Assembly (NCBI GenBank): GCA_963702005.1
Contig: OY969696.1
Location: 864,001 to 928,000, forward strand
DNA from: Candidatus Aminicenantes bacterium
GTDB lineage: Bacteria; Acidobacteriota; Aminicenantia; Aminicenantales; JAFGBC01
Direction: 5' to 3'
Length of the DNA stretch: 64,000 nucleotides
The notes beneath the pieces are model-generated. The model was not told the DNA's origin. It ran no database searches and was given only the letters and a program-made list of their open reading frames with translations. A program made the translations under genes and the position numbers. How positions within the stretch are numbered: the first letter of the stretch is position 1; the number at the start of each line of letters is the position of its first letter. Of the stretch, positions 1 to 8,135 are shown piece by piece.

Positions 1-2
1 GA

Positions 3-710
3 GACCAGGTTTCCCGCCGAAGGGCCGTTTCCCTCCATGGCGTCGACGGCGTCGAAAATCGTGAGCCCGGGCCGGATGATCCCGTACAGGTCGCGGACGA
101 CCGTGTAGAACTCGGACGGCCGAGGGGCGAGGCGGTGGAAGTCGGCCTTGATCTGGCCGGGGATCGTCCCGTACATGTTTTTGACCGCGCCGGTGATGAC
201 GTTGGCGAAGGTGTGGGTCTTGAGCTTGGGGAGGGACACGACGAGGTCGGCGTCGAGGACGGCCCGGGCGACCGGGATCCGAGGGACGTAAGGATTGTTG
301 ACCGGGAGCCGGGTCGCGTCGGCGAGGTCGAAGTTGACGAGCTTGGCGCCGATCTCGCGGGCGATCTCCTCGAGGCCGCTCTTCGCGAGCGAGGCCTTGG
401 TAAAGCTGACGCCGGCTTGACTCCCCGCCGCGCTCTCGCCGATCGTGACCTCGGCGCCCTTCTCCAGGAACAGCTCGGCCACGGCCCGGATGAACAGCGA
501 GTGGGTGTTGGCCGGGAACCCGGCCGGCTTGGGCATCATCAGGTTGGGCTTGAGCAGGACCTTGCGGCCCCCGGAGAGGAAGGATCCGATCCCGCCGATG
601 AGGTCGAGGGCGGCCCGGATCGCCCGTTTGAGGACGGGCAGGTCGTAAGCCGCGCACTTGACCAGGGCGACGCGGCTCTTCAGCGCGGGACGTTTCGGAT
701 GATCATTCAT
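3..710 (-). CDS. DUF362 domain-containing protein (partial, runs off left edge)
   Basis: Manual translation from ATG 710: MNDHPKRPALKSRVALVKC...KVLLKPNL...SLPKLKTH...TGAVKNMYG...DAMEGNGPSAG; typical DUF362 motifs. Confidence 0.85.
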   Translation of the reverse strand, partial: MNDHPKRPALKSRVALVKCAAYDLPVLKRAIRAALDLIGGIGSFLSGGRKVLLKPNLMMPKPAGFPANTHSLFIRAVAELFLEKGAEVTIGESAAGSQAGVSFTKASLAKSGLEEIAREIGAKLVNFDLADATRLPVNNPYVPRIPVARAVLDADLVVSLPKLKTHTFANVITGAVKNMYGTIPGQIKADFHRLAPRPSEFYTVVRDLYGIIRPGLTIFDAVDAMEGNGPSAGNLV

Positions 711-787
711 GATTGTGACCTCGGCCGGAATCTCTGTTTATATAACAGACGGCCGAAGCCAAGTCAAATAATAAGCAGGCTCCGGAA

Positions 788-2110
788 ATGTCGTTCCTGG
801 CTTCGGTTGACACCTCTTCTGTCCGATGCTATGGTTTGATTATCTCAGGACAAAAACGATTGCGATTCCCCTTTTTTCGCCGAAAGCGGACGGCGGCCCC
901 TTCCGACGCCGACGGGACTAACGTCCGGGAGATGACGCCTCGGGCTTCCCTCGAAGAGCTCAACGCTGCGGCCGATAAATACTACGCGCAGCGAGAGGAC
1001 GGCGTTTATTTTCTCGCCAAACCCCTGGCGGCGATCCATGAGACCCCCTTGATCCTCATCCAGTTCGGGAAGCTCCTCCAGGGACTCCAGCTCCTGCCGG
1101 ATCATCATGTCCTGGATTTCGGCGCGGGCTCCTGCTGGACGTCGCGCTGGATGACGCAGCTTGGCTGCAAGGTCTTCGCGCTCGACGTGTCTGCGGCCGC
1201 CCTGCGGATCGGGGCCCGGCTGTTCGAGGTCTTGCCCGTCGTCGGGGATCACCATCCTCCGGTCTTCCTGCCCTACGACGGCCGCACCATCCCTCTCGCC
1301 GACGAATCGGTCGACCGCATCTGCTGTTTCGATGCTTTCCATCATGTCGTCAACCCCGAAGAGGTGCTCCGAGAAATGGCCAGGGTCCTGAGGCCGGGGG
1401 GAATCGCCGGATTCGCCGAGCCGGGGCCCAACCATTCGCGCCTCCCCCAGTCTCTGGCCGAGATGGAGGATTTCAAGGTCATCGAGAACGACATCATCAT
1501 CGAACAGATAGGAGACATAGCTCGCCAAGCCGGTTTCAGCGACATGAAGGTTGCCCTTTTCGACGGCGGATTCCGGACCTTCTCGGTCGACACATTCAAC
1601 GATTTTGTCCACGGCAGCGAAGCAATGACCGCGACGATCGTCGCCGGCATGCGGGACTTTCTGCAGACATGCCGGATATTTTTCCTGGCCAAAGGCGAGC
1701 CGCCGGCGCCGGACAGCCGCACGCGAGTCGGCCTGACGGCGGACATCCGGATTGATATCGACAACCGCCGAGTGCGTCATGAGGCGGGAATGGTCAGCGG
1801 ACTGGCGCGCGTCAAGAATTCCAGCCCCTTGACCTGGCTGCCCGCGACGACGCGCGTCGGCGCCGTCCATTTGGGATGCCATCTTCTGAGCGCGGACGGG
1901 CAGATGATCTCTTATGATTTTTTCCGGACGAGCTTGACTCCGGGCATCGATCGGCCCCTGGCTCCGGGGGAAGAGGTCGAGGTCAGGCTCGAGATTCCCG
2001 TCCCCCCGCCCGGCGCCTGCGTCCTTGAGTTCGACATGGTCAGCGAGTGGGTCTGCTGGTTCTCGTTCAACGGATCGCCGACGGTGAAAGTGAACCTGGA
2101 GATCATTTAG
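788..2110 (+). CDS. Class I SAM-dependent methyltransferase with C-terminal Ig-like beta-sandwich
   Basis: VLDFGAGSCW motif I, FDAFHH, VLRPGG; C-terminal VHLGCH...LAPGEEVEV...FDMVSE...WF; true start probably downstream (~932). Confidence 0.8.
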   Translation: MSFLASVDTSSVRCYGLIISGQKRLRFPFFRRKRTAAPSDADGTNVREMTPRASLEELNAAADKYYAQREDGVYFLAKPLAAIHETPLILIQFGKLLQGLQLLPDHHVLDFGAGSCWTSRWMTQLGCKVFALDVSAAALRIGARLFEVLPVVGDHHPPVFLPYDGRTIPLADESVDRICCFDAFHHVVNPEEVLREMARVLRPGGIAGFAEPGPNHSRLPQSLAEMEDFKVIENDIIIEQIGDIARQAGFSDMKVALFDGGFRTFSVDTFNDFVHGSEAMTATIVAGMRDFLQTCRIFFLAKGEPPAPDSRTRVGLTADIRIDIDNRRVRHEAGMVSGLARVKNSSPLTWLPATTRVGAVHLGCHLLSADGQMISYDFFRTSLTPGIDRPLAPGEEVEVRLEIPVPPPGACVLEFDMVSEWVCWFSFNGSPTVKVNLEII

Positions 2111-2235
2111 TCTGGACCGTCTCGATAAAAGCCGCGCGGATTAATGACCGGCCCGGCCCCTATTTCCGCCTCAGATACTCGTAGGCCCTGCTCGCCAGCC
2201 CAATTCTCTTTCGGAGCGGAGCTCCGCGCCTCAGC

Positions 2236-2883
2236 TCAGTTCCTTTTCGTACAGACGAACAATATATGCGGGTAGCATTGGCCGCGGCCGAGCGGGACAA
2301 CCTGGACTTTGAAGCCGATCCCCTCCAGGAGGCGGGTGTAGTCCTCCCGGTTCCGGAAATAGAACTTGCTCCCGAGCGTGAACCCGATGATCTTGACCGA
2401 GACCGTCTCTTGAAAATAGTTCCAAGCGTATTTCCGGCGGGGCCGGGTGTCCATATCCTTGAGGAGGAGGACACCGCCGGGGCGGAGCGCGGCGAAGGCG
2501 CGCCGTAAAATCCGCTCCTGGACATCACAGGGAATCAGGTAGAGGACGTCGATGATCGAGACGATGTCGGCCGGTGGATATTCGGCCTCGGCGATGTTCC
2601 CTTCGCTGAACGAGAGGCGCTCGAACCGCTTCTCGAGGAGCCGAGCCTGTATGATCTTCTTGGGATCGAGATCGATGCCGACGACGGCCCGCTCCGGCGA
2701 GCCGAGTTTGAGGAGCGAAGAGAAAAAACCGTTACCGCATCCTAAATCGAGGACCGTCCCGCGCGCCGGGAAATGGGACTCGACCGCCAGCAGGGGGCAG
2801 ATCCGGAGCTTGATCGCGATGTAGAGCCGGCTCCCGAACGAGCTCTTCCGGAAGAGGCGGAGGACGTTTTTTCTTGTCAGCAC
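2236..2883 (-). CDS. Class I SAM-dependent methyltransferase
   Basis: VLDLGCGNG, GIDLD, LRPGGVLLL; follows asnB. Confidence 0.85.
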   Translation of the reverse strand: MLTRKNVLRLFRKSSFGSRLYIAIKLRICPLLAVESHFPARGTVLDLGCGNGFFSSLLKLGSPERAVVGIDLDPKKIIQARLLEKRFERLSFSEGNIAEAEYPPADIVSIIDVLYLIPCDVQERILRRAFAALRPGGVLLLKDMDTRPRRKYAWNYFQETVSVKIIGFTLGSKFYFRNREDYTRLLEGIGFKVQVVPLGRGQCYPHILFVCTKRN

Positions 2884-2890
2884 CGCGGCC

Positions 2891-4783
2891 TCAAGCTTTC
2901 AGGTAGTGGTCGTGCCAGAACTGGAAGATGATGAGCGGCCAAAGCAGCTGGCGGTGGTTGTGGCTTCCGTCCATGTGCTCCTTGAGGATGCGCTGGACGT
3001 AGTCGGCGTCGAAATAGCCGTGGCCGCGGAGCCGGTCCGGCGCCAAAACGTCCCGGACGAAATCGCAGAGCTCCTCCCGGATCCAAACGCCGAGGGGGAT
3101 GTCGAACCCGATCTTGGGGCGCTTCAGGATGGCCGGCGGCAGGCTTGGCCCGACGGCCTTCTTGAGGATGTATTTCGTTTCCATTCCCTTGAGCTTGAGC
3201 CGGCTGGGGACGGCCGTCGCGAAATCGATGAAGGTGTAGTCGAGGAAGGGGACGCGGATCTCGAGCGAGTTGGCCATGCTCATCCGGTCGACCTTGACCA
3301 GGAGGTCGTCCTGGAGGTAGAGCTTGAGGTCCAGGTAGCAGATCCGGTCGAGCGGGTCGGCGGCTTCGTCGTTGCGGAGGTGGAAGGCGATCGGCGCGAA
3401 GGGATCCTCATGAACCGCGGCCGAGAGCTCGGGGGAGAGAAGGCGGCTTTTCTCGTCCGGCGGGTAGGCCCCCCACCAGATCGTATTGGCGACCTCGGGC
3501 GGATAGTCGATCCCCGAGATGAACTTCTTGGCCTTGAACTCGAAGCTCAGCCGCTTGGCCGAGGCGGGAAGACTCCGGACGAAGGGCTTAACGAGGCCGT
3601 TCCGGATGAGACGAGGCACCTTCCGATAGAAGCGGGCCCACTTGAACGCTTTGTAGGTGTCGTAGCCGCCGAAGAGCTCGTCGCCGCCGTCGCCGGCCAG
3701 GGCGACCGTGACGTACTCGCGGGCCAGCTTGGAGATGATGTAGGTCGGTATGATCGAGGCGTCGGCCAGGGGCTCGTCGAGATACTTCATGAGGACGGGC
3801 ACCAGCTCCTTGACCAGGGTCGACTCGACCACGAACTCCTTGTGCTTGGTGTTGAAACGACGGGCGACCTCGCGGGCGTAGCCGAGCTCGTCGAAGCTTT
3901 TTTCCTTGAAACCGATCGAGAAGGTCTTGATCTCGGAGGCGGCGGCGACCTCTGCCATCAAGGCCGTGACCGTGCTCGAGTCCATCCCGCCGCTCAGGAA
4001 AACGCCGAGCGGAACGTCGCTGATGAGCCGCATCCGGACCGATTCCTTGAGCCGGGCGCGGAGCTCGGCGGCGATCGTCTCCTCGCTCCGGGCGTCGTCG
4101 GGCGAGACGCGGTAGCGGACGTCCCAATAAGGCCGGACTTCGCGGCCCTTGGGTCCGACGATCATGATGTGGCCGGGCAGGAGCTTGCGGATGCCCTTGA
4201 AGATCGTCCGCGGCGCGGGGATGTACTCGAAGGTGACGTACTGGGACAGGGCCTCGAGGTCGATCTCGCGGGGGCAGCCGGCCCTCAGGACGGCCTTGAT
4301 CTCGGAGCCGAAGACGAGGCGATCCCCGTCTTCCCAGTAGTGAAGCGGCTTGACGCCGATCCGGTCCCGGGTCAGGATGAACGTCCGCGTCCGCTTGTCC
4401 CAGAGGGCGATCGCGAACATGCCGTTGAGCTTATGGACGAAGTCGGCGCCGTGCTCCTCGTAGAGGTGGACGATGACCTCGGTGTCGGCCTTGGTCGCGA
4501 AGCGGTGGCCCTTGGCCTCGAGCTCGGCCTTGAGGACGGGGAAGTTGTAGATCTCGCCGTTGTAAACGGTCCAGACGGACTTGTCCTCGTTCGAGATGGG
4601 CTGATGGCCGGTCGCAAGGTCGATGATGCTCAGACGCCGCATGCCCAGGGCGACCGAGTCGTCGAAGTAGTAGCCGTCGTCGTCAGGGCCGCGGTGGACG
4701 ATGGCGTCGCACATGGAGCGGACGAGGCGCTCGTCGGACGGGTCCCGTCCCTTGAGATAGTGGATGCCGCAAATCCCACACAT
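2891..4783 (-). CDS. asnB: Asparagine synthase (glutamine-hydrolysing) family amidotransferase, probably glycan amidation
   Basis: MCGICG, HRGPDD, RRLSIIDL, NGEIYN, LSGGMDS, GDGGDELFGGY, KVDRMSMANSLEIRVPFLD. Confidence 0.93.
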   Translation of the reverse strand: MCGICGIHYLKGRDPSDERLVRSMCDAIVHRGPDDDGYYFDDSVALGMRRLSIIDLATGHQPISNEDKSVWTVYNGEIYNFPVLKAELEAKGHRFATKADTEVIVHLYEEHGADFVHKLNGMFAIALWDKRTRTFILTRDRIGVKPLHYWEDGDRLVFGSEIKAVLRAGCPREIDLEALSQYVTFEYIPAPRTIFKGIRKLLPGHIMIVGPKGREVRPYWDVRYRVSPDDARSEETIAAELRARLKESVRMRLISDVPLGVFLSGGMDSSTVTALMAEVAAASEIKTFSIGFKEKSFDELGYAREVARRFNTKHKEFVVESTLVKELVPVLMKYLDEPLADASIIPTYIISKLAREYVTVALAGDGGDELFGGYDTYKAFKWARFYRKVPRLIRNGLVKPFVRSLPASAKRLSFEFKAKKFISGIDYPPEVANTIWWGAYPPDEKSRLLSPELSAAVHEDPFAPIAFHLRNDEAADPLDRICYLDLKLYLQDDLLVKVDRMSMANSLEIRVPFLDYTFIDFATAVPSRLKLKGMETKYILKKAVGPSLPPAILKRPKIGFDIPLGVWIREELCDFVRDVLAPDRLRGHGYFDADYVQRILKEHMDGSHNHRQLLWPLIIFQFWHDHYLKA

Positions 4784-4848
4784 GTCCCCTCATTTTATCC
4801 CAAATCGCTCCGGCGCGGCCAATTGAAAATTCGGTGACGCTTATCGGT

Positions 4849-5181
4849 TTACCGTATCGCGTAGCGCCGCGGCTCGTTGAAGAAGGTTACGTCCGCGTAT
4901 CCGCGATATATCTTTCCGGAATGCTTGACGCCCGAGGGGATGTAATATCGATCGCCCTTGCTGAAAGTCCGCTTCTCGCCGCCGATCGTCAGGTCGATCC
5001 GGCCTTCGAGGACTATCCCCACTTGAGCCGCGTGCGCGTGCTCGGGCAGGTCGACGTCCTCCTCGAATTCCATGAAGATGATCTGGTGGGTCGCTGCCTG
5101 CGAGAGATAGGCCCTGACTCCCTTAAAAGGGATATCGGCTTCGGGAAGGTTCCTGATCGGTTCGGGAAATATCGGTTCCAT
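4849..5181 (-). CDS. Cupin domain protein
   Basis: PEHAH..Q and IPSGVKHS cupin motifs. Confidence 0.85.
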   Translation of the reverse strand: MEPIFPEPIRNLPEADIPFKGVRAYLSQAATHQIIFMEFEEDVDLPEHAHAAQVGIVLEGRIDLTIGGEKRTFSKGDRYYIPSGVKHSGKIYRGYADVTFFNEPRRYAIR

Positions 5182-5200
5182 TATCGTCTCCTTCGCGCGA

Positions 5201-6373
5201 TCAGCGGCCCTTGAGAAGCGGCAGTACCCTGTCGATCGGCAACGCCTCGGCCCGGTTGCCGTCGCGCCCGACCGTCGTCCGGGCCGCGAACAGGGAATTG
5301 TAGATCGCCTCCTCGGTCGCCTCCTCGACGGCGCGGAACAGGTCGCTCATCGAGTCGTTGGCGATAAGAGCGGGCATCTCGACCGTCTCCCCCCGGCCGA
5401 AGTGGGGGATTGTATAGGCGGTGCTGAAGGCGATAGCGTAGTCGCCCGAGCCGTTCGTCATATGGGTCGTGGTTCGTCCCATGCCGATAAAGGCCCGCTT
5501 AGCCAGGCGCTCCAGATTGCGCTCGGAGAGGGGCGCGTCGGTGGCGACGACGATCATACAGGAGCCGTCGCCGGAGGATGCTCCCGGCGGCAGGCCCGCT
5601 TCCTTCTTCTCCAGGCGCAGCTTCCGGTTGACGGGAACTCCGAGCATGACGAGCTCGCTCCCGAAATTCGTCTGGACCAGGACGCCGACCGTGTAGCGCT
5701 TTCCGCCCCAATCGTCGGTCACGCGGGACGAGGTGCCGATGCCGCCCTTCCAGCCCAGGGCGATCGTCCCGGCGCCGGCGCCGACGCAGCCCTCGGCTAC
5801 CGGGCCATCCTTGGCCGCACGGATCGCCTCCAGAACGTCCTCCTTGCGGACGTGGAGGCCGCGGATGTCGTTGAGGGTTCCGTCGTTGGTTTCGCCCACG
5901 ACGGCGTTAACCGAGCGCACGTCCTCGCAGCCGGGCTGCTCGAGCGTATAGCGGACAACCGCTTCCATGGCGGTGCCGACGCTAAGAGTATTGGTCAGGA
6001 TGATGGGAGTCTCAATATTGCCCAACTCGCGAACCTGGGTGTATCCGGCCAGCTTCCCGAATCCATTAAAGACATGGATAGCCGCCGGCGCCTTCTGCAG
6101 GAAGATATTTCTCCCGTGGGGAAGAACAGCCGTGACGCCCGTGCGCACGGAATCGCCCTTGATGATCGTAACGTGACCGACCTTCACCCCGGCCACGTCC
6201 GTGATGGCGTTCAGCGGGCCGGTGGGCATGACCCCGGTGATAAGCCCTAGGGCGCGCGGCCGCGGCCGGGCGGCGTCTTCGGCGCTCGTTCCCGGCGAGG
6301 GCCCGAGGATGGAGAAGCAGGCGATGAGAACGATGACGCCAACGAAAGCCGCTTGTCTTGGTTTCCCGTTCAT
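5201..6373 (-). CDS. Secreted DmpA/P1 (S58) family aminopeptidase
   Basis: Signal peptide; NAITDVAGVKVGH, NGFGKLAG, VVGETNDG, GKGGIG-like WKGGIGTSSR, autocleavage G-S in DGSCMIVVATDAP, NGSGD. Confidence 0.9.
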   Translation of the reverse strand: MNGKPRQAAFVGVIVLIACFSILGPSPGTSAEDAARPRPRALGLITGVMPTGPLNAITDVAGVKVGHVTIIKGDSVRTGVTAVLPHGRNIFLQKAPAAIHVFNGFGKLAGYTQVRELGNIETPIILTNTLSVGTAMEAVVRYTLEQPGCEDVRSVNAVVGETNDGTLNDIRGLHVRKEDVLEAIRAAKDGPVAEGCVGAGAGTIALGWKGGIGTSSRVTDDWGGKRYTVGVLVQTNFGSELVMLGVPVNRKLRLEKKEAGLPPGASSGDGSCMIVVATDAPLSERNLERLAKRAFIGMGRTTTHMTNGSGDYAIAFSTAYTIPHFGRGETVEMPALIANDSMSDLFRAVEEATEEAIYNSLFAARTTVGRDGNRAEALPIDRVLPLLKGR

Positions 6374-6444
6374 GAAAGAATTATTCGACGGCGCGCCCCG
6401 ACTTGTCAACCCACCTGATCTGTTCTCTTTTATTCTAAGATAAG

Positions 6445-6761
6445 TTATTTGGAGTGAATAACGTCAAGGATTATTTCATCAAAACCAAGTCCTGGTAGTA
6501 AAGTTGCATCAAGCGCAAGCGTTAGTGACTCTCGGATTGATTGTGGAATGCGTTTTGCTTTGACCGCAATAGATTCATGAAGTGCAGCTAAGACTTCTTC
6601 TGAATTTAGTGAACGCTCGGCTGAGCCAGTATAGCTGAGCTGGCTCCACAAAGCTTGATCTGTTCCGCTTGAGGGAGATTAGACAGATCGGAAAGAAGCC
6701 TTCCACATGATCCGCAATACACCTGCCGTTCTGAGACATTATTCTTTTCAGCTACTGACAT
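6445..6761 (-). pseudogene. Fragmented AT-rich gene relic (CxxC N-terminal piece plus out-of-frame C-terminal piece)
   Basis: ATG 6761 gives MSVAEKNN...YCGSCGRLL (51 aa, stop 6606); another frame carries DQALWSQL...LTLALDATLLPG; region about 40% GC by eye. Confidence 0.4.
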
Positions 6762-7130
6762 ATAAGCCTTCTTACTTTGTTCAATAAATATCTTTTCTTC
6801 CGACCCGATTAATCGTCATTCCTACAATAATAGCTACGTGTTCAGGCTTGTAGCCCCGCTTAAGTAAGGATAGGCCTTGAGACACGCGGATTGTATTAGA
6901 TGATCCAAATTCTGGAGGCCGGAAATCTGCTAGAACTAACCTCTCCCCAAGAATATTGTAAATAAAGCATAATAATTTCTTGGTTTGATTACAAGCCTGC
7001 CTTTTCCATGTGTCTAATATAAATATCATTGACCGAAGCACAATTGAGGCCACCATAGGCACCGACGAGTCATCAAAGGTGGAGATAGATGAGGTCAGGG
7101 AGAGGCTTTGGATAAAAGGCCCTTGGGATT

Positions 7131-7511
7131 TCAGTCTGGGCGGAAGACTTCGAGATCCAATTCCTTAATCATCCGGTAATGGCGGTCGTTGGCGGTCAGG
7201 AGGGATTCCCCGTGGACGATGGCCGTCGAGCAGATTAGGGCGTCGGGCAGGGTCAGGCTCTTGCTCAGGAAATGCCGCTCGATGTAGAAGATCGCTTTGG
7301 CCGAGATGTCTTCGCTGATATAGAGAAGCCGGGCGTTCCAGGCCCGGAACGCCTTCCTCAAGTCCTGAAGCTCCCGCTTGTTTCTCATTCCCTGGAGGAG
7401 TTCCGCGTAGGAAACGGCCGAAACGGCCAATGTCCGTCCCCTTTCGATGGCGGCGCGGGCCTTGCGGTTGCCCCGCATGTACCAGATCAGGACGTCGGTA
7501 TCGACGATCAT
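7131..7511 (-). CDS. vapC: VapC/PIN-domain toxin
   Basis: MIVDTDVLIW, SYAELLQG, PDALIC, LLTANDRHY acidic PIN motif; ATGA overlap with antitoxin. Confidence 0.9.
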   Translation of the reverse strand: MIVDTDVLIWYMRGNRKARAAIERGRTLAVSAVSYAELLQGMRNKRELQDLRKAFRAWNARLLYISEDISAKAIFYIERHFLSKSLTLPDALICSTAIVHGESLLTANDRHYRMIKELDLEVFRPD

Positions 7512-7750
7512 TCGAAGCGGCCTTTCCTGATCTTGCGAACGTACCCGTTGACGTCGGCGACGGCGGGATTGTCCTTCCACATCCCGAAAAGCCCGAGCTC
7601 CGCAGGAGCCGAGGGCGTTTCCCGCTCTTTGAAGGGAATGATTTTCGCCCTGGGCTGGCCCCGGAAGGTAATCACGACCTCTTCCCCCCGGGAGACGGCA
7701 TCCAGAATTTCCTTGGAGTGAAACCTCATGTCTTTGGCTGTCGCGCGCAT
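7508..7750 (-). CDS. Phd/YefM-family antitoxin
   Basis: MRATAKDMRFHSKEILDAVSRGEEVVITFRGQPRAKIIP; directly upstream of PIN toxin. Confidence 0.88.
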   Translation of the reverse strand: MRATAKDMRFHSKEILDAVSRGEEVVITFRGQPRAKIIPFKERETPSAPAELGLFGMWKDNPAVADVNGYVRKIRKGRFE

Positions 7751-7769
7751 AGTCGCTCGGCTTTCGATA

Positions 7770-7814
7770 ATAGTTGACATTATGAAATGTAAACTATCAA
7801 CAAGCCCTTGTCAA
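7770..7814 (-). promoter_or_regulatory. Sigma70 promoter with overlapping inverted-repeat operator for the TA operon
   Basis: TTGACA (7814-7809), 17 bp, TACATT (7791-7786); IR ATAGTTGACAT-N6-ATGTAAACTAT (7770-7797, 10/11 match). Confidence 0.75.
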
Positions 7815-8135
7815 GCTGTTTTTCGGGCGGATTCGCCCCGAATGGCCAGCGCATCGACGAAAACCTCCTTTCCCTCAAAGAGGACGCGCCGGCAGCCGGG
7901 CCGTTCTCAATGAAAATATTCGGCGGCGCCTGTCGGCGGCTGGAACCGCGGCGAGGAATATCAGGCTGCCGATGACGATTGGCCGGTCGGCTTTTTTAAA
8001 TGAAGCGAAAGAGTGCGGGCGACGCCCCGCCCGATTCCGACACGGCGGTTACGCGATTATTCATTTTCCTTGGGAACGGCGCAGATGAACAGGAGGGGCG
8101 GGTCCTTGGTTCTATTCCGGACTGGTGTTTCTCGT

